The notes under the pieces: model-generated | What the model saw: the letters and a program-made list of their open reading frames with translations, nothing else | Databases searched by the model: none | What the model was told of the DNA's origin: nothing | Shown here: piece by piece, positions 9,824 to 19,992 of the stretch | Numbering within the stretch: position 1 is the first letter of the stretch | Layout: every line of letters begins with the position of its first letter | NCBI GenBank assembly: GCA_011525665.1 | Contig: WYAU01000093.1 | Span: 3,793-67,792 of the forward strand | Reading direction: 5' to 3' | Length of the DNA: 64,000 bases | Source of the DNA: Candidatus Brocadia sp. | GTDB taxonomy: Bacteria > Planctomycetota > Brocadiia > Brocadiales > Brocadiaceae | Made by a program: the position numbers and the translations under genes

Positions 9824-10049
9824 GGATGAAATCTCGTGAAAATGAATGATACCATGCATTCTTTTACGGTTATCCAAACAAATATCATAATGTCATTGCC
9901 AAGGAGGAACGACTGAAGCAATCTCTTAATTTATGAAGCATTTCGGAAATAGATTGCTTCGCAGGGTTTTCACCGTGCGGTGCAGATGTACTCGCAATGG
10001 CATTTAAAAATACACTCTTTGGAATAGTCCATTTTCTCGAAATATTCGG

Positions 10050-11060
10050 ATGAAAAATACTAAAATAACACTTGCTCACGGTAGCGGCGGGAAATTGACT
10101 CATGAACTTGTTAAAGGACTTTTTCTGCCGAGCTTCACTAATACCGTCCTTTCTCAGTTAGGTGATTCCGCCCTTTTACAACTCAAGGATATGAATTTGG
10201 CTTTTACGACCGACTCTTATGTCGTTAAGCCCCTCTTTTTCCCCGGCGGGGATATTGGAAGACTCGCGGTCTGCGGAACCATAAACGACCTTGCAGTGGT
10301 GGGCGCACGACCCCTGTTTCTTTCCGCGGGGTTTATTATCGAAGAAGGCCTTGAAATGTCATTGCTTGAAAAGGTTGTGTGTTCTATGAAAGAAGCAGCA
10401 GTATTTACCGGCGTGGATATCGTTACCGGTGATACTAAGGTTGTGGAGAGGGGAAGCGCTGACGGTCTCTATGTCAACACCTGCGGGATAGGTATTGTTG
10501 ATAACACAATACATTTTTCCACAGCACTCATTGAAGTTGGCGATAAGATCATCGTTAGCGGCACCATCGGAGACCACGGCATGGCAGTGCTTTCCGAGCG
10601 AGAATCTCTGGGTTTCAGCCCACCCATACAAAGCGATTGCGCCCCCCTTTCCGGAATGATCGGCAATCTGATCGCCTCCGGCGTAAACATAAAATTTATG
10701 AGAGACCCCACGAGAGGCGGTCTTGCAACCACACTCACTGAGATAGCAAGTACGCTGCAATATGGCATTGTGATTGAAGAACGAAATATTCCAGTGAAAA
10801 ACGGCGTGAGGGCTTTATGCGAAATACTGGGTTATGACCCGTTGTATATTGCAAATGAAGGAAAGGTCGTAGTTGTTGTTTCGGAAAAAGATGCCGTAAA
10901 TGCCCGTGGCATACTCAGACAAGACGAGGTGGGCAAAGACGCCGAAATCATTGGAGAGATAGTTGATGAGCCGTCCGGTAGGGTGTGCCTGAAAACGGCA
11001 ATCGGCGGAATGAGGATCGTTGATATGCTTGTAGGCGACCAACTTCCGAGGATATGTTGA
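10050..11060 (+). CDS. hypE: Hydrogenase maturation carbamoyl dehydratase HypE
   Basis: 336 aa, AIR-synthase-like fold (TTDSYVV, GGDIGRLAVCGTINDL), ending in the invariant C-terminal PRIC motif. Confidence 0.95.
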   Translation: MKNTKITLAHGSGGKLTHELVKGLFLPSFTNTVLSQLGDSALLQLKDMNLAFTTDSYVVKPLFFPGGDIGRLAVCGTINDLAVVGARPLFLSAGFIIEEGLEMSLLEKVVCSMKEAAVFTGVDIVTGDTKVVERGSADGLYVNTCGIGIVDNTIHFSTALIEVGDKIIVSGTIGDHGMAVLSERESLGFSPPIQSDCAPLSGMIGNLIASGVNIKFMRDPTRGGLATTLTEIASTLQYGIVIEERNIPVKNGVRALCEILGYDPLYIANEGKVVVVVSEKDAVNARGILRQDEVGKDAEIIGEIVDEPSGRVCLKTAIGGMRIVDMLVGDQLPRIC

Positions 11061-11169
11061 TTATGTGTTTTTTGTCATTCCGGGCTAGTCTCAGAGTTTT
11101 TCGTGGTTACTTTACCGCGTCGGAGAGACGTTTACAGGTTGTTTGCAGTGAACCAATCAAATTCCGCCT

Positions 11170-11586
11170 TTATTGCTGGTCAGCGGTTTGAGGTGAAAAT
11201 ATACTTTGTAACATCTCGATCTGACTTTTTCCCATCACCCTTTCAATCTCCTGCCTGATTTCTTGTGCATCAAATGGTTTTCGTATATATCCGGCAGCGC
11301 CAAGTTTTTGAGCCGCGTCCTTTTTTTCCTCCCATCCAAGCGCCGTAATCACTATCACCTTAGCCTCCGGGTTTTCGTTCATAATAGCAGACAACGCTTG
11401 CATCCCATCGCTCTCATCCAGCATTATATCCATTGTCACCAGATCCGGTTTAAGTTCTTTGTAGAGTTTTACAGCCTCATCCCCGTTTCCCGTTAAACCT
11501 ACAACTTCATGATACGCCTTCTCCATAATATGGTGCAATGTGCGTCTCATAATTGCAGAGTCATCCACAATAAGTATTTTTGCCAT
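11170..11586 (-). CDS. Single-domain CheY-like response regulator
   Basis: 138 aa. KILIVDDS...DLVTMDIMLDESDG...KP receiver signature. Confidence 0.85.
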   Translation of the reverse strand: MAKILIVDDSAIMRRTLHHIMEKAYHEVVGLTGNGDEAVKLYKELKPDLVTMDIMLDESDGMQALSAIMNENPEAKVIVITALGWEEKKDAAQKLGAAGYIRKPFDAQEIRQEIERVMGKSQIEMLQSIFSPQTADQQ

Positions 11587-11678
11587 ACATTCACTCCGTT
11601 CTTTTTGGATATTTTGTTTAATTTATTACGTTACCGGTATTGATTTGCAAGCGCATAATCAACAGAAGTAATTGCCGC

Positions 11679-13211
11679 TTATTTTTTTTGTGTATAGACG
11701 GTAACCATGTTTCTGCCATTTTTCTTTGACTCGAACAACGCCTTGTCCGCGAAATCAATGAGATCGTTTTTCGTAAAGGCGTTTGCGGCGGGCCTTATTT
11801 CAGCTATTCCGCAGCTTATCGTTACACGAAATGTTTTATTGTTATAGATAAAGCTATGGCCGCAGATTGATTGACGAAGCTTTTCGGCCACACCCTGAGC
11901 GTCTTTCCCGGTTGTTTCAGCAAGGACAATGGCAAATTCCTCGCCTCCATAGCGGGCGATAATATCATAGCTCCGGAGCGATTTTCTCATCACCGTGCAG
12001 AGTTCTTTTAAAATAAAATCACCGGTTTGATGTCCGTATTTGTCGTTAAATATTTTAAAATCATCAACGTCTGCCAGAATAAGACTAAGGGTGGTATCTT
12101 TGCGGGCTGCAAGGCTAATTTCGTTTTCAAGATAGCCCTGAAAATAACCGTGATTGTATACTCCGGTTAGGCTGTCCAGTTGTACAAGTTTTTCAAGATA
12201 TTTTTTATTTTCTTCAAGTTCTTTGTTAAGCCTTTGCAATTGCACCTTGGCGGCGATGAGTTCCCTGTTCATCTGATCATAAGTTAGGTTTATAATACTC
12301 AGCGACGCGTTGGCCTCCTGGAGGATTTGTTCTATTGTTTTTTGGTTTTCGATATGAGAACCGAATAGATGGGCGGTTTCGTTGATTTCCACGGTAATAC
12401 GTTCCAATATCCTGTCTATGATGACATCGTTGAATCCGAGCGTGGATTCAGATTCATTTCGAAATATTTGATGATATTTCAGGGGATTATTCGAGTAGAG
12501 AATGTTGGTAATTAAACCTGAAAGATAGATGACATTAACGATAACTTTAAGCTTTTTGTCGCTATTTATGTAGCTTTTCGGACAATGATGGTGCCGGATA
12601 GGGGCCAATAATATATCAGGAAAGTTCCATGTTTTTGCAACCTCATACCCGATAAAAGTATGGTCTGCTCCTATAATTTGCCGTTCTAATTCACTGATGT
12701 CCTTATCACTCCTGGAGGCTTCTTGCACTATTTCTTTGTATTCATGAGGAAAGGAAAGGGCTAAAATCAGTTCTCCTATATCCTGCAAGAGCCCTGCAAT
12801 AAATATTTCTTCCCAGTCCGATTTTACAATCTCCGTAATGATGAGTTTTGTTGCGACGGCGTTGGCAAGCGACCGCTCCCAGAATAACTCATAGCTGAAA
12901 TTGTTTTTTTTGTCCTGTGCCCTCATGGATAAAAATGAGAAAGAAAGAAGCAGGCTTCTGATCGCATTAATGCCGAGCCTTGATGCCGCCTGATGTATTG
13001 TGCTCACTTTATGGGGAAGGTTGTAAAAGGCAGAATTGGCCATCTTTAATACCTTCGCAGAGAGGGAAAGATCTTTTGAGACCATATCCGCAATCTCCTT
13101 CATGCCCGTTTCTTCATTTGAAGAAATTGAAAGAAGCTTGCATGCAACGGCAGGCAAGGTAGGCAGAGAAGGTGATTTCAGGACAATCTTTAAAACATCA
13201 TCCTTTGTCAT
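11679..13211 (-). CDS. HDOD domain / coiled-coil / GGDEF diguanylate cyclase
   Basis: Start moved to the internal ATG (MTKDDVLKIVLKSPSLPTLP) with a GAGGGAA SD. HDOD N-terminal domain, long coiled coil, C-terminal GGDEF domain (RYGGEEFAIVL). Confidence 0.85.
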   Translation of the reverse strand: MTKDDVLKIVLKSPSLPTLPAVACKLLSISSNEETGMKEIADMVSKDLSLSAKVLKMANSAFYNLPHKVSTIHQAASRLGINAIRSLLLSFSFLSMRAQDKKNNFSYELFWERSLANAVATKLIITEIVKSDWEEIFIAGLLQDIGELILALSFPHEYKEIVQEASRSDKDISELERQIIGADHTFIGYEVAKTWNFPDILLAPIRHHHCPKSYINSDKKLKVIVNVIYLSGLITNILYSNNPLKYHQIFRNESESTLGFNDVIIDRILERITVEINETAHLFGSHIENQKTIEQILQEANASLSIINLTYDQMNRELIAAKVQLQRLNKELEENKKYLEKLVQLDSLTGVYNHGYFQGYLENEISLAARKDTTLSLILADVDDFKIFNDKYGHQTGDFILKELCTVMRKSLRSYDIIARYGGEEFAIVLAETTGKDAQGVAEKLRQSICGHSFIYNNKTFRVTISCGIAEIRPAANAFTKNDLIDFADKALFESKKNGRNMVTVYTQKK

Positions 13212-13317
13212 GACGGATTCCCTCTGACGGCATAGCCGCAACCAAAAAGTGCAGGAGGCAGTACGCAGTTGGCAATGAAAACGGATCAGTCTTCGTCTTT
13301 TGTCAACTGCGCACCGC

Positions 13318-13686
13318 TTACTGCTCAATCATAATAGCTTCAAGCTTTGGCTTGAGACGTTCTATCTCATGTTTCAGCGTCGTATATGCTTCCTGAACAC
13401 CGGCCATATCCTTCTCCCTTCCCATAATTTCCAACCTCAGCGCCGTTTCAAAAACACGTTTTGCGCAAAAGACACCTACCGAGCCTTTGAAGTTGTGGGC
13501 GATGCTTTCCAATGCCTTGCTGTCTTGCCGTATAATGGCACTTTTTATACCGGTTAATTGTGCCGGATAGTTTTCAAGAAATAATCCTGCCAGCTCTCGC
13601 AATAACTCCGTATCACCATCTATACGCGATAACGCCTCGTCTATATTACAAATGTCATTTTTCAGGTGCCATCCCCGTGTCATCAT
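13318..13686 (-). CDS. Histidine phosphotransfer (Hpt) domain protein
   Basis: 122 aa four-helix protein with the phospho-accepting motif AHNFKGSVGVF. Confidence 0.8.
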   Translation of the reverse strand: MMTRGWHLKNDICNIDEALSRIDGDTELLRELAGLFLENYPAQLTGIKSAIIRQDSKALESIAHNFKGSVGVFCAKRVFETALRLEIMGREKDMAGVQEAYTTLKHEIERLKPKLEAIMIEQ

Positions 13687-13690
13687 AAAT

Positions 13691-14145
13691 CAAGCCTTCA
13701 GCGACTTCCCCCCTTTTTCCCATAGGTGTCAGGTTAAGGAACCAATAAATCACTACGAATCCCTTATTTGTGTTAAATCCGTTATGTCCCCCGCCAGCGG
13801 GGGTGCAGGGGGTGGATTGGACTTCTTTGCCACTTCGACTAGCCCTTTGTCGTAAATACAAATCCTTATCTTGAACCCTACGGCAATGGTCCGCCAATCA
13901 TTGCATAGGAACTGTCTAAACAAACTTATGGATATTCAGGTTATAAGACTACCGGAATTTTCACTCATGCCATTCCACCCCCTTAATCCCCCGCCAGCGG
14001 GGGACAATGGCCTGCAACATCCCTGGCGGTTTTCATACCCTTGTAAACCACAAGCAGCCACGGACAAACATGGATTGTCCATACACCTCAAATCGTTTAA
14101 CTTAACGCCTATGCCCTGTTTCCCATTGTTCACGGAAGGATTGTA
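13691..14145. repeat. Composite palindromic/MITE-like element in the Hpt-kinase intergenic region
   Basis: Two identical 16-nt GC palindromes cccccgccagcggggg at 13788-13803 and 13988-14003, exactly 200 bp apart. They sit in an extended 28-nt inverted context (13788-13815 vs 13975-14003). Weaker outer inverted repeats cataggtgtcaggttaagg (13721-13739) / gtttaacttaacgcctatg (14095-14113), 14/19 matches. Confidence 0.55.
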
Positions 14146-14167
14146 GGAGGAATTTCAATCCCAATCA

Positions 14168-16921
14168 TCAGGATACAGCAATCAGGTTATCGATGGCATC
14201 ATAAAGTTCCTTCGATCTGACCGGTTTGGATACATAGCAATCCATCCCGGCTGCCAAACACCTTTCCCTATCGCCCTGAACGGCAATTGCCGTCATGGCA
14301 ATAATAGGAATATGACCGCCGTTTACTCTTTCTTTTGCACGAATGGATGCAGTGGCTTCAAAGCCGTCCATCTCTGGCATGTGAACATCCATGAGGATAA
14401 GATCGAAATGTTCATTTTTGAGGATTTCAAGCGCTTCTCTGCCGTTGTTTGCAAGGACAACTTCATGTCCACGTTTTTCCAGCACGCGGACAGCGAGTTT
14501 TTGATTTACGGCATTGTCCTCCGCCAGAAGGATGCGCAAAGACCGCACCCGCGCTCCTTGTGCCGACGACAGGGTATCCACAGGAACTTTGGCTTTCACT
14601 GGATTTTCCTGAGACACAGAGTTTGTCTGGTCCATTGCCCGGCAGACGGCGTCTTTCAGGTGAGATCGCTTTACAGGTTTCACCATGTATCCTGTAATGC
14701 CCAACTCCTTACACCGTGCGATGTCGTCACTTTTGTTATCCGAGGTAAGCATCAGGATAGTCATGGCCGGAAGGTTTGCTTCCTTTTTGATTTGCTCTGC
14801 CGTCATGAACCCATCCATACCGGGCATACGACAGTCAAGAAGCACCAGGCCGTAGCTATCGCCTCTTTCTTTGGCATTTCTGAGTTCCTCAAGCCCCTTC
14901 GCACCGTCTTCAGCCTCGGTTACCACTGCTCCCCACCCGGTGATCATTTCCCTTAAAATCATGCGGTTTGTTGCATTGTCATCAATCACAAGCGCCTTTA
15001 AACCCCCTATACTCAGAGGTCTTGACTTATTACGGGATTTATTTTCCGCTTGCATTCCAAATTGGGCGGTAAAAGCAAAAGTACTCCCCCGTCCCACTTC
15101 ACTCTCTACCCCAATGCGTCCACCCATGAGTTCAACCAGCCGTCTGGAGATAGCCAAACCCAATCCGGTTCCACCGAATTTTCTGGTGGTAGAGCTGTCA
15201 ACCTGTGAAAAAGTTTGGAATAAGAGATGTTTCTTATCCTCTGAAATACCGATTCCTGTATCCCGAACGGAAAACAGCAGTTTTGTCTGTTTTCCGTTTG
15301 AAAATTCACCGCATTTTTTCTGTACCTTTTCTATACTCAGTATAATTTCACCTTTATTGGTGAACTTAACGGCGTTCCCAATGAGATTGACGATAATTTG
15401 CCGCAACCGGAGGGGATCGCCCAGAAGATAAGCCGGCACATCCGGCATTATGTGGCATGCGAGCTCCAGCCCCTTTTTGTGGGCGCGTAATGCCATGATT
15501 TCACTAATCTTTTCAACAATCTCATAAAGATCAAATTCAACCTCTTCGAGCGTAAGTTTGCCGGCCTCAATCTTTGAAAAGTCAAGGATATCATTAATAA
15601 GATCTAAAAGATTCTCCCCTGCCGTTCTGAATAATTGAATATAATCCCGCTGTTCCGGGGTAAGAGGAGTATCCAGTAGTAATTCCGGTATACCGATAAT
15701 GGCGTTCATGGGAGTCCGGATTTCATGGCTCATATTGGCAAGAAATTCGCTCTTAGCGCGATTGGCCGCCTCTGCCACCTCCTTTGCCTTTTCCAGTTGG
15801 TCCTGGTTTTGTAACTTCACCAAAGCAGTGCGTAATTCTTTCGTTTTTCTTTGTAATTCAAACCTCGCCTTACGTAAATGGTGTATCATATTGTTGAACG
15901 ATGACCCTAATAAGCCAATCTCATTTCCGCTCTTTATATTTATTGAGTAACTCAAATCACCGCCGGATATCCTGGCCATCCCCCGTATCAACGTATGTAT
16001 CGGCTTCACGATACCTCTTGTGACAATGATACTCATGAATATTATCAGCACAAGACCAATGCCTAAAATGGAAATCAGGTTATACTTTAATTTCACTATA
16101 GTGAACAGGGCGTCTTTTTTTGCCTGCGCCACAATTATGTTCCATTCCGGAAATATGTAGCCTGAATCAAATGTACATTTCTCCAAGCGATAGATAAACT
16201 TTTCAGATCCAGACCCCGGATAACCGGCAGCGACGGGTTGCAGTTTCAAAGAAAAATCTGACTTCCGGAATAAATTCTTCCTGTCGGGGTGGGCAATAAA
16301 CTTATTCTGACTATTAATAAGCGCAACAAACCCATCCTTACCGATCACTACATTGTCTGTTATATTCCATACCTGCTCCATATTGAGCTGTCCGACAATT
16401 GCCGCCTGTATTGTTCCCGTGTCATTTTTTAACGGAAAGGCAATGGCAATAACAATCTTATGCGGATCAAGGATGACATGCGCATCCGAAATATACACGT
16501 TTCCTTTTATTGCTTCCTGAAACCATTTTTTTGTTCTCCAGATACCACGATAATTATATGCCGTAGAAACCAGCACCTTACCCTTCGTATTGATTAACGT
16601 AATGTCTTCAAAACGATGGTAATATTCCTGGATTTTTTTCATCTCTGACAATTTTTTACCGGGGGGAATATTCGAATTCCTCATAATTTCACTTTCGGAC
16701 AGGATTTTTATATCTGCCACGCAGCTTTCCAGAAGGCGATGTATTTCGTTTCTCGTGTTTCTCGCCAACACATCGAGATTATTGCCTAGTTCACTTTTTA
16801 TATAATTCTCCGAATTTTTGAAGAAATATGTTATGCCGAAGAATAACGGCAAAATCCCCACCGTCGAAAAAAGTAAGGGCATTTTAACCCCCAATCGTTT
16901 GAATAAGCTTATTTTCCCCAT
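14168..16921 (-). CDS. Hybrid sensor histidine kinase (periplasmic Cache-like domain, HAMP, HisKA, HATPase, two receiver domains)
   Basis: 917 aa. Two TM segments flank a ~250-aa sensor domain. H-box [14 protein letters not shown]2 box [13 protein letters not shown], and receivers [10 protein letters not shown]...DCRMPGMDG and [11 protein letters not shown]...[10 protein letters not shown]. Confidence 0.9.
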   Translation of the reverse strand: MGKISLFKRLGVKMPLLFSTVGILPLFFGITYFFKNSENYIKSELGNNLDVLARNTRNEIHRLLESCVADIKILSESEIMRNSNIPPGKKLSEMKKIQEYYHRFEDITLINTKGKVLVSTAYNYRGIWRTKKWFQEAIKGNVYISDAHVILDPHKIVIAIAFPLKNDTGTIQAAIVGQLNMEQVWNITDNVVIGKDGFVALINSQNKFIAHPDRKNLFRKSDFSLKLQPVAAGYPGSGSEKFIYRLEKCTFDSGYIFPEWNIIVAQAKKDALFTIVKLKYNLISILGIGLVLIIFMSIIVTRGIVKPIHTLIRGMARISGGDLSYSINIKSGNEIGLLGSSFNNMIHHLRKARFELQRKTKELRTALVKLQNQDQLEKAKEVAEAANRAKSEFLANMSHEIRTPMNAIIGIPELLLDTPLTPEQRDYIQLFRTAGENLLDLINDILDFSKIEAGKLTLEEVEFDLYEIVEKISEIMALRAHKKGLELACHIMPDVPAYLLGDPLRLRQIIVNLIGNAVKFTNKGEIILSIEKVQKKCGEFSNGKQTKLLFSVRDTGIGISEDKKHLLFQTFSQVDSSTTRKFGGTGLGLAISRRLVELMGGRIGVESEVGRGSTFAFTAQFGMQAENKSRNKSRPLSIGGLKALVIDDNATNRMILREMITGWGAVVTEAEDGAKGLEELRNAKERGDSYGLVLLDCRMPGMDGFMTAEQIKKEANLPAMTILMLTSDNKSDDIARCKELGITGYMVKPVKRSHLKDAVCRAMDQTNSVSQENPVKAKVPVDTLSSAQGARVRSLRILLAEDNAVNQKLAVRVLEKRGHEVVLANNGREALEILKNEHFDLILMDVHMPEMDGFEATASIRAKERVNGGHIPIIAMTAIAVQGDRERCLAAGMDCYVSKPVRSKELYDAIDNLIAVS

Positions 16922-17017
16922 GCAGCATTACTGTGTAAAAACCTCTTTTTTAGGAATTTCATTTTTTTTACGTGAACCATAAGGATCACGTGATACAAAT
17001 TCCCGCTTAGAATAAAC

Positions 17018-17090
17018 TAGGGGATAAAGGGGATGTAAAATTACCCAAAAAGGCACGAATCCCCTTATCCCCCTTGCTTAAGGGGGACTA
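17018..17090. repeat. GC-rich hairpin repeat element (family copy D)
   Basis: ggggataaaggggat / atccccttatcccc inverted pair, plus the 7-bp hairpin CCCCCTT-gctt-AAGGGGG. Shares the gataaaggggatgt..aatt core with copy A. Confidence 0.55.
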
Positions 17091-17092
17091 AC

Positions 17093-18196
17093 TTAATCTG
17101 GAATAAGTTCCGCCCAGCATTTATTGAAGGCTATTTGGACGTCAGGCTTTAGCAATTCATATACCTCAAATTTACCCGTTACCTTCATGTAGATATAAGG
17201 ATTTCTTAAAATTTTTTTGTCGACAAATGCCCACGCCTTGCTGTTACAGTTGGCATAATGAGAATAATTGGTATGTCTTGCGCTTATTTGCGGACGAAGC
17301 ATAAAATCAATAAAAGCTTCTGCAAGAGGCTTGTTTTTTGCTCCTGCGGGAACGGCCATACCTTCCACCCAGTAACCGGTGCCTTCCTTTGGCAGTACAA
17401 ATTTCACATTGTGGTTTTCTTCATTGGCGATAGCGGCATCGGCATTGTAACACTGGGCTATCCATAATTCCTCGCTGATCAGCCTTTCCCTGATCTTGTT
17501 ATATGCCATAAACCCCTCATCCTGAAGCAGCGGTTTTATTTCCCCCAATAACTTCAAAGCCTTATCCATAACATCCGGCATGTTTGGATTCAATGGATAA
17601 CCCAGCAACTTTTGTCCTATTGACATCACTTCATTGCCATTATTCACCAGCGCCATTCTCCCTTTGTATTTCGTGTCCCAGAAGATATGCCAGCTATTAA
17701 CATGACCCTTTACGTATTTGGCGTTATAGGCGATGCCTACACCGCCCCAGTCCAAGGTTACGAAATACCCCTTCCATTTTTTGTTTATGAGGGTTTTAAA
17801 CCGTGATTCTATGTGCTGTTTGTTAGGAATTCGGTCCGGATCGAGTTTTAATAATAAATTGGTTTTTATCATTAAATCCGCCATGTAATCAGTAGGAAAA
17901 ACAATATCATACTGTCCCGTGCCGGACTGGATGGCAGAGAACATTTCCTCCTCGTCATCGTAAACATCGACGTATACCTTCGCGTGAAATTCTTTTTCAA
18001 AGTCTGAAATAATCTCCGGGTCCAGATAATCCACCCAGGTATACACGTTAAGCAAGGAATTTTTGCTATGAGCCACGTTCCTGGTATCCGGCTGCTGTGT
18101 GTTTTTAGCCGGGCTGCACACACTGCCAATGCAGATTCCGAACCAGAAAACGAGAGTAAGGGCAGGAATGTTTGTTATTGAATACATGGTTTTCAT
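17093..18196 (-). CDS. Periplasmic polyamine (spermidine/putrescine)-type ABC substrate-binding protein, PotD/PotF-like
   Basis: 367 aa with a signal peptide. LNVYTWVDYLDPEIISDFEKEF..., YDIVFPTDYM and the overall PBP2 pattern resemble PotD. No cognate permease or ATPase genes nearby. Confidence 0.75.
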   Translation of the reverse strand: MKTMYSITNIPALTLVFWFGICIGSVCSPAKNTQQPDTRNVAHSKNSLLNVYTWVDYLDPEIISDFEKEFHAKVYVDVYDDEEEMFSAIQSGTGQYDIVFPTDYMADLMIKTNLLLKLDPDRIPNKQHIESRFKTLINKKWKGYFVTLDWGGVGIAYNAKYVKGHVNSWHIFWDTKYKGRMALVNNGNEVMSIGQKLLGYPLNPNMPDVMDKALKLLGEIKPLLQDEGFMAYNKIRERLISEELWIAQCYNADAAIANEENHNVKFVLPKEGTGYWVEGMAVPAGAKNKPLAEAFIDFMLRPQISARHTNYSHYANCNSKAWAFVDKKILRNPYIYMKVTGKFEVYELLKPDVQIAFNKCWAELIPD

Positions 18197-18216
18197 TTTT
18201 CGATTCCCTTATTTTC

Positions 18217-19713
18217 TTAAAACGTAATTTCCGTTGCAAATTCAATCTGGTAAGCAATGTCTGCCCCTCCGTCAAAACGCGGGGACGGCGCTAAGCCCAG
18301 AATATCCTCATCATCCCGCTTTTCGTGATAATACTTTCCCGGGAAAAATAGACCGGACAGGAGGTTAAATGAGATATTTTCCGTTACATCATAACTTCCA
18401 TAAAAATCCAGTTCATGCCCCAGGTCGGAACTCAGCGTAATGGGACGGTCATCCCGCATCCCTATGGCATGTTCAAAACTCCTGAGATACCAATAGTCTA
18501 CCGAGACAGACCATTTGTCTGTTATTTGTATGTCCACCCCTATATTGGGTAATATGAGATCATTTAATTGATAGGGATCACCAAAGATACCTGGCCTGGC
18601 AATGCCGTAATTCAGCGCGGCGCCCCCTCCCGTTGCCAGATAAGGACCGTATGCTGCAGGATAAATAGCATCCGAGAGGTTTGCATTTGTGGGAGAATAA
18701 ACGGAAAATGCATAATTGCTCCGGGAATAAAAACGGCCATTTACTACATCGTCTGCATCCATTTTGTTTCCTGAACTCACGAGCAGTTTCGATCGGGGGG
18801 TAATTTTCTCAAAACTATAAGAAACATCAGCGTACGCCATGTATCCTTTATGGATTATGTCCGACTCTTCCCCTGCGACATTTGCCCGTCCAAAATTCTT
18901 TGCCACCTCAAACCCAAAATTCAGCTTATCCATGTTCCTGTCAATATCGATACCAAGAGTCCCCAGATTGTCCTCATTGACAGGAAAAGGGTAAGCGTTG
19001 GTCCTGCGATTACTGTGTGTTGTGTCGTGTAATAAACCAATGTATGGTTGGAATGAATAGTCATTCCATTGAATACTCATGTCAAAGCTCAAAAAATGGG
19101 CATCTGAATCGTATTCCACATCCAATGCCTTTTCCTGAGAAACCTGGGGTCCCAAAATAATTTTATTTGTCAGATCAGGCCTGGCATAGTAGACCGTCCA
19201 TGTGAAATCCTCATCGGTGCTGTAGACACTGAGACCATAATTTTCATAATATCCACCAAGTGCATACCCGTTTCCAACCTGATAGGGATATTGCCCTATC
19301 TTGAGTTTTACCGGCAGTTGAAACACTAATGAGTCAATCCAATATTCTTCAACTCTGGGGATCACCTCTGGAATACTATAATTGTCGACCTTTCCAAAAA
19401 AAGTTTTAATTTTTTTATCAGACATGATCGGGGCGTCAAAGTCAAACGGTCCGTTACTTTCCAATTTAACAAAAGACGTAAGAACATCTTTATATTCCAT
19501 ATTAAACTTCAGATCATAGGTATATCCCATGTAAGTAACACCGTCGCTCTTGTCATTATCCAGGTCGAGATTATTACCCAAAGTATTTCCCGATATACGT
19601 AAGTGGCTTTCCAGAGAAAGTTTCACGTCCGGAGATAAATCATACGAATTTCCCCCAAAGACGACAGTTGGCAAAAATACAATCAATACCGTAAAAAAAT
19701 ATTTTTTTGGCAC
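18217..19713 (-). CDS. Putative outer-membrane beta-barrel porin
   Basis: 498 aa. Signal peptide (FFTVLIVFLPTVVFG), Tyr/Gly/Asp-rich alternating strands, C-terminal ...EFATEITF (terminal Phe). Confidence 0.5.
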   Translation of the reverse strand: MPKKYFFTVLIVFLPTVVFGGNSYDLSPDVKLSLESHLRISGNTLGNNLDLDNDKSDGVTYMGYTYDLKFNMEYKDVLTSFVKLESNGPFDFDAPIMSDKKIKTFFGKVDNYSIPEVIPRVEEYWIDSLVFQLPVKLKIGQYPYQVGNGYALGGYYENYGLSVYSTDEDFTWTVYYARPDLTNKIILGPQVSQEKALDVEYDSDAHFLSFDMSIQWNDYSFQPYIGLLHDTTHSNRRTNAYPFPVNEDNLGTLGIDIDRNMDKLNFGFEVAKNFGRANVAGEESDIIHKGYMAYADVSYSFEKITPRSKLLVSSGNKMDADDVVNGRFYSRSNYAFSVYSPTNANLSDAIYPAAYGPYLATGGGAALNYGIARPGIFGDPYQLNDLILPNIGVDIQITDKWSVSVDYWYLRSFEHAIGMRDDRPITLSSDLGHELDFYGSYDVTENISFNLLSGLFFPGKYYHEKRDDEDILGLAPSPRFDGGADIAYQIEFATEITF

Positions 19714-19992
19714 AAAAGCGTTTTCTCCTTGCTCCCGTAAAACAACTAAAGAAAAAATTAATATAAAAGCAATTAATTAAACAAACTGTATAATTCTTAG
19801 ACATTTTTGGACTTTTAGAAATAAGAAATATACAGGTTATCAGAGCGCAAAGCTAGTTCCGATTTATCAGAAACAAGGGTATTTTCCTTCCTGTTGTTAT
19901 TCTCTGGTCAAAAAAACACATGATATTCGTTATATCCGTGTTATAATAAATATTTAAATATTTTTCAAATAAACTGCTATAAGAGTATACAA

